This document shows, piece by piece, positions 27,712 to 36,489 of a stretch of DNA of 64,000 bases. Below the pieces are notes generated by a model. It made no database searches and was not told the origin of the DNA. It saw nothing but the letters and a program-made list of their open reading frames with translations. The stretch's first letter is position 1. The number at the start of each line of letters is the position of its first letter. This DNA comes from an uncultured Rhodobacterales bacterium (GTDB lineage: Bacteria; Pseudomonadota; Alphaproteobacteria; Rhodobacterales; CAZPXZ01). The stretch lies in NCBI GenBank assembly GCA_964586735.1, contig CAZPIN010000242.1, positions 257 through 64,256 on the forward strand, in the 5' to 3' direction. A program made the translations under genes and the position numbers.

Positions 27712-28544
27712 TTTCCAAGGACTGCATTGATAAGTGGCGGACCCGCGCTCCCTGGCAACGGGATACCATGGTCGAGCAGGACCTTGTCCTGAGTCGCGCC
27801 CTTGTTGCGATGTACTCGGTGCCCGAGATCGCTGAGCGGATAGCATTCCGCGGCGGGACGGCACTGCATAAGCTGCATCTCCGCTTCCCTGCTCGCTACT
27901 CGGAGGACATCGACCTCGTCCAGATTCGGCCAGAACCAATTGGCAAGACCATTGACCTTATACGAACTGCTCTGGATCCTTTGCTTGGCACGCCTAGGCG
28001 CATGTTCAAAGAGGGACGCATCGTCCTCCTATATCGATTCTACTCTGAGGGTCCACGCCCCAAGAAGCTGCGGCTGAAGATCGAGATCAATTCCCGCGAG
28101 CACTTCACGGTGCTTGGCCATACCAAAATCCAGTATTCTGTTGAGAACCCATGGTTTTCGGGCTCCGCCAGCGTCACCACATATACCATCAACGAGATAA
28201 TGGGATCAAAGCTTTGTGCGCTCTTTCAGAGAAAAAAGGGCCGAGACCTCTTCGACGTCGCTCTCGCACTCTCTCAAAAGCTGGTCGACACGCAAATTCT
28301 GCTGCGGTGCTTCAAGCGGTTCAGGGAAGAGGGGGGAGACGCGGTTACTCGCGCGCAGTTTGAGGCAAACCTCCATCACAAGTCCAACGATGAGGAATTT
28401 CGCGATGGTGTTGTCGAGCTACTCGAACCAGACGCTTCATGGGATTTCGATGATGCCATGCGCCTGGTACTCGACGAGATCGCCCCGCTGCTGCCCGGCG
28501 AGCCGTGGAAGGGCGAAGCAGACGATGACAACGGACAATTGTGA
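27708..28544 (+). CDS. abiEii: AbiEii/AbiGii-family nucleotidyltransferase toxin (DUF1814)
   Basis: 'AFRGGTALHKLHLRFPARYSEDIDLVQ' is the NTase GG..L / S.DiDl motif. ORF 27669.. trimmed to ATG 27708. Confidence 0.8.
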   Translation: MISKDCIDKWRTRAPWQRDTMVEQDLVLSRALVAMYSVPEIAERIAFRGGTALHKLHLRFPARYSEDIDLVQIRPEPIGKTIDLIRTALDPLLGTPRRMFKEGRIVLLYRFYSEGPRPKKLRLKIEINSREHFTVLGHTKIQYSVENPWFSGSASVTTYTINEIMGSKLCALFQRKKGRDLFDVALALSQKLVDTQILLRCFKRFREEGGDAVTRAQFEANLHHKSNDEEFRDGVVELLEPDASWDFDDAMRLVLDEIAPLLPGEPWKGEADDDNGQL

Positions 28545-28722
28545 GATTGCGCGCGTATCCTTGACGCATCCGCTGAGATGATGGGCGGGTTCGTCTGCCG
28601 GCCCCAGAGTATCACCAGCTGCGCCCGCCGGCACTCTTCCCTCTCCTCGTGCCGCAGTGAGGTCTCACTCCAGCAGTTGGAGGGGAGATGCCGTGCTTTG
28701 GTGTTGACAGGGTGCCAGTACG

Positions 28723-31700
28723 CTAGAACCCCAACCTGCCCTCCAGGCGGATCGTATGGTCCGGAAGCTCCTCTGCGCCTTCCTCGCGCTGCCCATAGAG
28801 GTCGAAGCGCAGCTGGCCAATACCCGCGTCTACCCTGCGCAGCTCAGTGCCAAGACGCAGCGAGCGATCCTCGTCTGCCTGTCCCGCCTCGCCATAGACC
28901 GTCGCCAGCGCCCATTCGCCAAGCATTCCGGCACCGTAGCCGAGGCGAATCTGTATGGCACCGCCGCCATCCGCAGTGCCAGCGGAATCGGTTACGGATT
29001 TGGCGGAGGACGCCCACAGGGTGTCGCCGTCCCCTGAAAGCGACGCGTTCCATGTGGGCTTCAGGGACATCTGGAGACCGCGTCCTCCCTCGCTGGCCGC
29101 GTATTCCAGCCCAAAGCCGAGACTCCACTGCTTGAATTCTTCATCCTCATGAGCGAGCAGTGCGCTACCACCGCCTCTGAACGAGAGGCCCCGGTCCGGC
29201 GCGATGAAGCCGAACTGCATCGACACCTCCGCCCCAATGCCCTTCTCCGCATCGCCGCCGTCGACGCGTCCGCCGATGCCCATTCTCGTTATGACGGAAG
29301 CGCCAGTGGTCATCGCCCGCTTCGACTCGCGCTCTACTGCAGCGCGCATCCGGTACGAGTTCACATCTATCTTCTCCAGCGTAATTTCATCATCAAGCCC
29401 GTCAGAGGATACTGACGTGAGGAATATGTCGGCTCGCATCGACAGGCCGGAGCCTTCGTTTTCAGTGACGAGGCCGTTGCGCAGGCCGGCCGCTACGGTC
29501 TGGGTGTCAATGTCCGTCTCCAGCTCCGCCCGGTCATCTTCGGAATTGGTGGTCCCTGTACCAGCGCTATAAGCCCCCCAAACCATGCTGTTGCCATCCT
29601 CGGACACGACGTGGACGTAGGGCGTGACGCTGGCGACGCTGGTCGTTACTTCGCCGTTGCCAAGGCCGGCGCCGGCAAACTGATACTCCATCTGGCTTTC
29701 CTTGCGGCTGAACGCAACGCCCAGCATGAAGCGGTTCCTGCGGAAGCCAAGGCCGAGGTGGCTGGAGCTGACTTCGTTCTCATAGTCGAAGGCGCCAAAG
29801 TTGTCATCCGCGAAACCGCCCTCCCCTGACAAGCGGCCTGCTCCTCCCCAGAAGAGGAAAGAGGAACCGCCGTCAGACTGGCCATCCAGAGACAGCGCAA
29901 ACCGGCTTTGGTCCTGGAGGTCGCGAATACTGGGAACGTTTGCCCACTGCCTGTAGGAGTCGAAGCCGCCGCCGGAAACCTGGCTGTACTCCGAATCGAG
30001 ATGGGCTCCATACGGGGCGGCAACCTCGACGCCAAAGAAGCTGGCGATTTCCTTCGCAGCCTGACCGCCGCCAGCTCCAGCCGCCAGCGCTTTGGCACTG
30101 ACCGCGTGTCCACCCAGCACGACGCTGTCGCTGTTGCTATAGGCATGCATATCTGCGATGCTCCAAAGCTCGTCGACGACGCTAGCAGCGAACGAGCGAC
30201 TGGCGCTTGCCAAGACGTAGGAAAGCCCCCTCGCTCGGGGGTCGACAACCCGCACCGAAGTCTCGGCTGACACAACCGTTCTCCCGCTGTCCGTCGCATT
30301 TGGTTCCGCTGGCTGGATTGCCAAGTCCCCTCTCAGAACGCTAGCGCCAGTATCCCTGCGCTTGGGCCGCTCAAACTCGATGGATACAGAACCAGCTATC
30401 CTGCCATCAACCTCGAAACTCTGGGGCACCAGGTTGGTTCCCCTATAGACGGTTACTTCGCCGCTCTCTTCGCCAGTGGCACGGACTCCAGCGCTTCGCG
30501 CCGTGCCTCCCGCTGCCCCGGCCACGTCAGCGGTCGTGTAGCTCGCCCTCCACAGGACGGTCACGTCATAGTCCAGCGCCGGATACACCGCCACCTGAAA
30601 GTCGACCTTGGAGTTGGAGTCGGAATCCGTGCTAGCCCTCAGCGACCTGACGGAAAGGACCGACTGCCCCGGAGCCTCCGAAATCACGCCTTGACCGACT
30701 GCGTCTCCATCGCGATAGACTGCGCTCTCCGACTGGTTGAAAAGGGCAATCTCGACAGTCTCGCCGTAGCCCTCGGCGATGAAGTCAAGCTCGGTGGAAA
30801 GCACGATGTTTCTCGACGAAATGTCCGGTGTGAACAGCAGCCGGCCATCAGTCGCCGAGCCACTGTCAGACCGACTGGTAGTGTCCAAGAAGTCGGCGAC
30901 CGAGGCTGCCGTGCCGCCAGATACGCTGTAATCCACGGAGACTGTCCGCGCGGTGCCAGGACTCCGCGTCAGCGTAACGACAAAGACGAGATCCTGGCCC
31001 TCCACCGTCTGCGCATCGGTAATCGTCAGCGCGTCAGGGGAAGCGTCGTTATCGCGGATGACACCTAATGCTGCTGCCGCCTGAAGAGTCACGCTTCCCG
31101 ACACCACTCGCGTCAAGAGAATCTCAACGGTTTCGTTGTCTTCCAACTCCGCATCGTCCACCGTCCTCAGCGTCAGAGTAGCCGAAGTCTGCCCTGCCCC
31201 TATGGAAAAGCTGTCCGTAAGGCTGTCCAGGAAAAAGTCTCCTGCTTCGATACCTATGCCTGTAATCCTGTATCCGACTTCGATATTCGCACGGCTTTGT
31301 TCATTCAGCGATATGTCAAAAGTCAGGGTACCGCCTTCGTCTACCGGATCAGCATTGGCAATTGCCAAGGTGGGCGATTCGCCGGGGACCGGCGTCGAGG
31401 CGGGCATCTGATCGTTATCGCGAATGACGCCGGTCGCCGCCTGTCTTTGAAGCGTCACGTTTCCGGACAGCACCCTCGTCAAGCGTACCTGAATGGTCTT
31501 GTCCCGCTCCGCGACCGCATCGTCCCGCAGCGCCAGTTCCAGAGTCGCCGCGGCCCGATTGGCAGGGATGGTTATCGTACCCGTTAGGGCTGGCGTAAGC
31601 GGCGTGCTGAAGTCCGCTGCATCGACTCCCGCGCCGGATACGGCGTACTCTATCTCGGTATCCTGAAGGACCGGAATGCTGAGTGACACGCTGAATACCA

Positions 31701-34700
31701 GGGACCGGCCCTCTGGCACTGCAGGGGCATTGGAAATTATCGCAGCTGGCGGTGCAACAACGGGGGGAGGCAGACCATCATCGTCACGGACGACGACGGC
31801 TGCGCTAGACGGCGTGCCAAACGTATAGCTGGTATGGCTTTGAATGGTCAGCAGCACGGTGGAGTAGGGCTCGTCATCCTCATCCTGCGGCGCTAAAAGG
31901 CTCACCAGCACGGTGTTGGCGCCAGCAGCCATGGTCACGCTCGTACGGGTGGCATCGGCTGCGCTCAGTACGCCACTCTGGTCGTCGATAGTGAACCTCA
32001 CCGTCAGAGCGCCCGTAGCCAAGCCCGTGCGTCTTATTTCAAACACGGCGTTATCGCCCTCGCCAATGAAGGAGCTTTGCGCCACAACTGTAACCTCGGA
32101 TGGGCCTTCCGGAAGAACTTCTGTAGTGGCATCGCTTGGTATCCTTTCCTCAAAGCCCAAATCGTCATTAAAGATCAGCACGATGCGGATCAGCTTGCCC
32201 TGGTCCGCCGCAACCAGCGTATAGGAGAGGCTGCCGTCACCGATATTTTCAGGAGTCGGATCGGTTGCGCTGTCCAACCGCTGCCACTGGTAGGCGTCTA
32301 CCGCCATGACCCTGCCATTGGCGTCGGCTATGTTTGACGGCGTAGCGGTCAGAGTACGGCCAACTTCGACTGTTCCGGCTATTGTCAGAGTGCCCGTGGC
32401 GGGGGTGTTCATAATATCGCCGATTGCGCCAGTTGGGTCGCTTGCAATCGTTTCCTCAGTGCCTAAATCGTCAGTAAAGGTTAGCACGATACGGATCAGC
32501 TTGCCTTGGTCCGCCGCAACCAGCGTGTAGGTAAGGCTTCCGTCGCCGATGTCGTCAGGACTCGTGTCGGCGGCATCGTCCAGGCGCTGCCACTGATAAC
32601 TGTCAGCCGCCCTGGTCCTTCCGTCAGCGTCCGCTATGTTTGATGGCGTGGCGGTCAGGGTTTGGCCAACCTCCTCCGTACCGGTGATTGTCAGCGTGCC
32701 TGTGGCGGGGTTGTTCGTAAGCTCGCCGATGGCGCCCGTGAGAGAGCTTGTGATCGTTTCATTGAAGTCATCATCGTCCGTGAAGGTCAGAACAATGCGG
32801 ATTAGCTTGCCTTCATCCGCCGCGACCAGCGTGTAGGTAAGGCTTCCGTCGCCGATATCTTCAGGAGTCGTGTCGGCAGCATCGTCTAGGCGCTGCCACT
32901 GGTAGCTGTCTACTGCCCCGATCCTCCCGTTTCTGTCCGCTATGCTTACTGGCGTGGCGGTCAGGGTTTGGCCCACCTCCTCCGTGCCGGATATTGTCAG
33001 CATGCCAGAGGCGGGGTGTTCTGGAATCACCACGGGGCCGATCCAGTAGCTTTCTTTCACCTCCGGGTTGCCCTCGTCGTCTTCAAACTCAACCGTCACA
33101 CGGATGTATTTGTCAACCTCTGCCTGTGTAAGCGTGTAGGAAGCGTCCGTTGCGCCAGCAATGTCCACCCCCACAGTGGCAGTACGGGTGTCGGCGGTCT
33201 GCCACTGATACTGGTAGGCGACCGGGAGCGTCAGCCCATCTACAGGGTCATCGATGTTGACCGCTGAAGATATTAAAGTCTCGCCTCTCTCTGGGCTCCT
33301 GTCAATACTTGGATCACCTAGATAGCGGCTTATATTCAGATTGCCCTCGGCTGGAGCGTCGTTCTCCGCTACGGGGCCTTGCCAGCCGCTTACTGCCCTT
33401 TCCTGGGTGTTTTCGTCGTCGGTATATACCAATTCCGCCTGAACAAAACAGTTCTCGTCCTCGTTTTGCAGCCGATAGCTAGGATTGCTCGAACTTTCAA
33501 TTCTTTGCTTGTTCGTGCCGACGTTGTCCTCTGCGCAAAAGAACTCGTACCTAAAGCCTCGCCCAAACTTGTCTGTCATGCCATTTGGATCGCTGACCTC
33601 GTTTCGATTTATAGTCAAAAGTTCTCCATTACGAAGCGTTCCAGTAAGTAAATTCGCCCCAACTGTGGGTGCCACGTTGACATCCAATACCACCGGGGAC
33701 AGCGCGCTGGAGAGCACCGTCTGGTCTCCGCGGCCGTCGGTGACAGTAACCGCGGCAACCAGCTTACCGCCTGGCACCGTAATCGCGCCGTCCATAGCCG
33801 GGAGCGTTATGGTTGATCCACTAAGGGACGGCAGTAGAACTGCTCCTGTATCCGTAGTGGGATCTGTGACGGCTGTTGCGGATTCGGGGTATCTGTAGTA
33901 CGAAAACACCCACCGGCTCGTATCGGTACGGTCGCCTTCCAGCCCGTCATCGTCCATAAAACCCGATGTAACAACGGTGACATCCGTTCCTACCCTGAAA
34001 CCTACGGTAGAAGTGAAACTAAATGTCGGCGTACCCGTGGTGGGAAGGTTGGGGAGTTCAAGCACCGGCCCCGCCCAATCGCTCATTATTACCTCGGAAT
34101 TGCCAAAATTGTCGGTAAATGAAAGGGTTACTCGAAAGTACTTGCCAACATCACCTTCTACCAACAAGAAAGTAAGCGCAGTTGAATGATCTGATGCATC
34201 CGAGCCCTGATCATCATCCGCTCTTTCCCACCTATAGGTAAAGCCCAAGAAAGGATTAGGAAGTCCATTTTCGTCTACAACATCATCAAAGTCCGGTACC
34301 ATACTTGCTCCGACTTGTATCGGAGGCTGAGGTTGCCCCCGCGGCCTGCCAGTAGTAGCGACCAATTCACCTGTGACTGGGGTATTGCCCGTTCCCAGGA
34401 TCCTGATGGAAAGCGACCTCATGTCGTCTGCTTCCGCTCCCGTCCAGTAGCCGTCGCCCGTCCCAGCATCGGCGTTGTTGGGATTTCCATTTACATACCC
34501 ACTTAAGCTCCAGCTAGTAAGTCCCGTGGTAACCTGGTCTCTTTTTCTTTGCCACGTAACGCTGGTACTGCCTGTCGGCTGTGCCGGGGTGTGCCCCAGT
34601 TCAATGTAGTATGTGGTATTCGCTGTAAGTGTGGTGCTGGCGGGAGCGGTAAACTTGTTCCATGCATTCGCAGTAAGGGTTGGGTTCGTCAGCGTTACCG

Positions 34701-35010
34701 CCCCTGTCGTCGTCGGGGCACTCGAGGCTTGCGGCAAGAGCCGTACCTGTGTGGTGCCGTCGGCAGGCACAGCAGTAAAATACAGCTCTACCGAGGTAAG
34801 CGTATAGTCGTGGCCTCCCGTAGTAAACTCCTGCGCAAACCAATTTGTTCTGGTTATGGTTTTCCCGCCCTGTGTTGTAGCCCCGCTATTGTCAAGGATC
34901 GTGTATTCGGTCTGCGCCTGCACCGCGGAGGGTGCTGTCATCCCCGCCGCCGCTAGCATCATCCCCGCCATCCAGGCGCATACCGCCGCCCGAAGCGGTC
35001 CGTGCGCCAC
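28723..35010 (-). CDS. Giant autotransporter-type surface protein: signal peptide, N-terminal domain, ~7 beta-sandwich-like ~100-aa modules, 4-5 Calx-beta domains, C-terminal beta-barrel
   Basis: The ORF runs to 35238. The probable start is GTG 35010 (or ATG 34971), just before the signal peptide 'MAGMMLAAAGMTAPSAVQAQ'. Calx-beta-like units end in '..VVRDDD' / '..VIRDND'. The C-terminus ends '...IRLEGRLGF' (aromatic terminal residue) with alternating beta-strand pattern. Confidence 0.8.
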   Translation of the reverse strand: MAHGPLRAAVCAWMAGMMLAAAGMTAPSAVQAQTEYTILDNSGATTQGGKTITRTNWFAQEFTTGGHDYTLTSVELYFTAVPADGTTQVRLLPQASSAPTTTGAVTLTNPTLTANAWNKFTAPASTTLTANTTYYIELGHTPAQPTGSTSVTWQRKRDQVTTGLTSWSLSGYVNGNPNNADAGTGDGYWTGAEADDMRSLSIRILGTGNTPVTGELVATTGRPRGQPQPPIQVGASMVPDFDDVVDENGLPNPFLGFTYRWERADDDQGSDASDHSTALTFLLVEGDVGKYFRVTLSFTDNFGNSEVIMSDWAGPVLELPNLPTTGTPTFSFTSTVGFRVGTDVTVVTSGFMDDDGLEGDRTDTSRWVFSYYRYPESATAVTDPTTDTGAVLLPSLSGSTITLPAMDGAITVPGGKLVAAVTVTDGRGDQTVLSSALSPVVLDVNVAPTVGANLLTGTLRNGELLTINRNEVSDPNGMTDKFGRGFRYEFFCAEDNVGTNKQRIESSSNPSYRLQNEDENCFVQAELVYTDDENTQERAVSGWQGPVAENDAPAEGNLNISRYLGDPSIDRSPERGETLISSAVNIDDPVDGLTLPVAYQYQWQTADTRTATVGVDIAGATDASYTLTQAEVDKYIRVTVEFEDDEGNPEVKESYWIGPVVIPEHPASGMLTISGTEEVGQTLTATPVSIADRNGRIGAVDSYQWQRLDDAADTTPEDIGDGSLTYTLVAADEGKLIRIVLTFTDDDDFNETITSSLTGAIGELTNNPATGTLTITGTEEVGQTLTATPSNIADADGRTRAADSYQWQRLDDAADTSPDDIGDGSLTYTLVAADQGKLIRIVLTFTDDLGTEETIASDPTGAIGDIMNTPATGTLTIAGTVEVGRTLTATPSNIADANGRVMAVDAYQWQRLDSATDPTPENIGDGSLSYTLVAADQGKLIRIVLIFNDDLGFEERIPSDATTEVLPEGPSEVTVVAQSSFIGEGDNAVFEIRRTGLATGALTVRFTIDDQSGVLSAADATRTSVTMAAGANTVLVSLLAPQDEDDEPYSTVLLTIQSHTSYTFGTPSSAAVVVRDDDGLPPPVVAPPAAIISNAPAVPEGRSLVFSVSLSIPVLQDTEIEYAVSGAGVDAADFSTPLTPALTGTITIPANRAAATLELALRDDAVAERDKTIQVRLTRVLSGNVTLQRQAATGVIRDNDQMPASTPVPGESPTLAIANADPVDEGGTLTFDISLNEQSRANIEVGYRITGIGIEAGDFFLDSLTDSFSIGAGQTSATLTLRTVDDAELEDNETVEILLTRVVSGSVTLQAAAALGVIRDNDASPDALTITDAQTVEGQDLVFVVTLTRSPGTARTVSVDYSVSGGTAASVADFLDTTSRSDSGSATDGRLLFTPDISSRNIVLSTELDFIAEGYGETVEIALFNQSESAVYRDGDAVGQGVISEAPGQSVLSVRSLRASTDSDSNSKVDFQVAVYPALDYDVTVLWRASYTTADVAGAAGGTARSAGVRATGEESGEVTVYRGTNLVPQSFEVDGRIAGSVSIEFERPKRRDTGASVLRGDLAIQPAEPNATDSGRTVVSAETSVRVVDPRARGLSYVLASASRSFAASVVDELWSIADMHAYSNSDSVVLGGHAVSAKALAAGAGGGQAAKEIASFFGVEVAAPYGAHLDSEYSQVSGGGFDSYRQWANVPSIRDLQDQSRFALSLDGQSDGGSSFLFWGGAGRLSGEGGFADDNFGAFDYENEVSSSHLGLGFRRNRFMLGVAFSRKESQMEYQFAGAGLGNGEVTTSVASVTPYVHVVSEDGNSMVWGAYSAGTGTTNSEDDRAELETDIDTQTVAAGLRNGLVTENEGSGLSMRADIFLTSVSSDGLDDEITLEKIDVNSYRMRAAVERESKRAMTTGASVITRMGIGGRVDGGDAEKGIGAEVSMQFGFIAPDRGLSFRGGGSALLAHEDEEFKQWSLGFGLEYAASEGGRGLQMSLKPTWNASLSGDGDTLWASSAKSVTDSAGTADGGGAIQIRLGYGAGMLGEWALATVYGEAGQADEDRSLRLGTELRRVDAGIGQLRFDLYGQREEGAEELPDHTIRLEGRLGF
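32108..33020 (-). repeat. Three in-frame 306-bp tandem repeats inside the autotransporter gene
   Basis: The 'GKLIRIVL'-coding segments lie at 32177-32206, 32482-32511 and 32788-32817, a 305-306 bp period. Protein units read 'GTLTI.GTEEVGQTLTATPSNIAD.DGR...DSYQWQRLDDAADT.P.DIGDGSLTYTLVAAD.GKLIRIVLTFTDD'. Confidence 0.85.
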
Positions 35011-36056
35011 CGCCTGATTCCGCCTTCCTTCGCCCGTATCCAGCCCTAGTCGGCTGCGGCTGCGGCTGACGTCCCCCCGCGCTATCCACCCGTTCTGCCG
35101 TCGCCAGCAAGCTGCGATTCCCGCTGCCTTACGTACCAGGCCGCCTCGCAGCCCCTGTCCAGTCGAGGCGGGCTCGTTCGTCCCTCCGATGCCGCCGCCC
35201 GCCCCATGGGCACCAGCGCATACCCGTACTGCGTTCATACCGATGCTCTCCTGTCGGCCTTTACGCCTCGTTCCGACATTGGCCCGCTGCCCCCTTCCCC
35301 TTCCTCAAGCAAGGCTGGGCGGCTTCGAGTCCGTATGCGTGCGTGGAGCCGTACGACCGTTTCGGTCGCACGTCCCCCTCCAGCGCAAGCGCTACGCGCC
35401 TCCGCCGCATCTACACTAGCAACTCTTTGCGCCCATGCCAAGTCCCCCGTCGCTCGCGATGTCAATGCCCTTCGGCGGCGGCTGGCCCGTACCGCGCTGC
35501 GGCGTTCCCGCCCGTCCATCCGCCCAGACGGCTGACGTACAGTGGACACGTCGCCACGGCGCTCGACACCGCTAAGGCACCAACCATCCCGGGAGACTCT
35601 GCCATCGAGGCGGTCTCCGCCAGCCTCTCTCGGCTCCTGTGTGTATAGCCGTAGCATAACCCTTCCTTCCTCCGCCGGCGATGCCCGCATCTCCCTTGCC
35701 CAGCGCTCTGGCATGGCATTGCCCTCCTTCCGCCCGACCGTCGCGGGCGTGCCCAAACCGCCGCCTTCACGCTTGCCGCCAACATCCGCTCCCGTAGCAC
35801 GCGTCTCCCGCGCAGAGCCACCGTCCCCGCTTGCGCAGGCACCGCTACCCTGTCCCGCGTCCAAACGCGCTCTCCGGTACGCGTTACTAGTGGCTTGCGC
35901 GCCCAGTGGCATCTTCCCGCGACGCCGCAGGATACTGCGAGCCTTGCCGGTCCGCACGGCCACTGGCAGCCGCTATGCTTGGCGGATAGGCGACGGCGAC
36001 CGGACCGGCAATCTCAAATTCCGGCACCCCGACCCCGCGCAAACGGAGAAACCAAG

Positions 36057-36437
36057 ATGGACAAGGACCTGTTCGACAAAGGGCTGGAGCGCAGGCGCGC
36101 CACCCTCGGCAAGGAGTACGTCGACGCCAACCTCAGCGCCGCCGACGATTTCACCCGCCCCTTCCAGGAGGCGATGACGGCATGGTGCTGGGGCTTCGGC
36201 TGGGGCGACGACGCCATCGACCCCAAGACCCGCTCCATGATGAACCTCGCCATGATCGGCGCCCTGGGCAAGATGCATGAGTGGGAAATCCACTGCCGCG
36301 GCGCCATCACCAACGGAGTCTCCGTCGAGGAGATCCGCGCCATCGTCCACGTCGTCGGCATCTACTGCGGCGTGCCGCAGGCGCTCGAGTGCTTCCGCGT
36401 CGCCCGCAAGGTGCTGGAGGAGGCCGGCAAGCTGTAG
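36057..36437 (+). CDS. Carboxymuconolactone decarboxylase (AhpD-like) family protein
   Basis: 126 aa. 'RSMMNLAMIGALGKMHEWEIHCRGAITNGVSVEEIRAIVHVVGIYCGVPQALECF' matches the CMD family pattern. ATG 36057. Confidence 0.8.
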   Translation: MDKDLFDKGLERRRATLGKEYVDANLSAADDFTRPFQEAMTAWCWGFGWGDDAIDPKTRSMMNLAMIGALGKMHEWEIHCRGAITNGVSVEEIRAIVHVVGIYCGVPQALECFRVARKVLEEAGKL

Positions 36438-36489
36438 CGCTCGGCGCTGCACAGGAGGCACCGGGGTGGCGGACGCTGGGTGGCAGTTT

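Noticed and set aside
35235-35963. A 242-aa minus-strand ORF that ends in an ATGA overlap with the longest autotransporter ORF start. It could suggest a translationally coupled upstream gene.
   Set aside because: The sequence is junk-like (R/G/A-rich) and no motif is recognisable. GC3, hand-counted over the first ~80 codons, is only about 70%, against about 90% in tkt. The first 76 codons of the autotransporter ORF look equally non-coding, and a signal peptide begins only near 35010.
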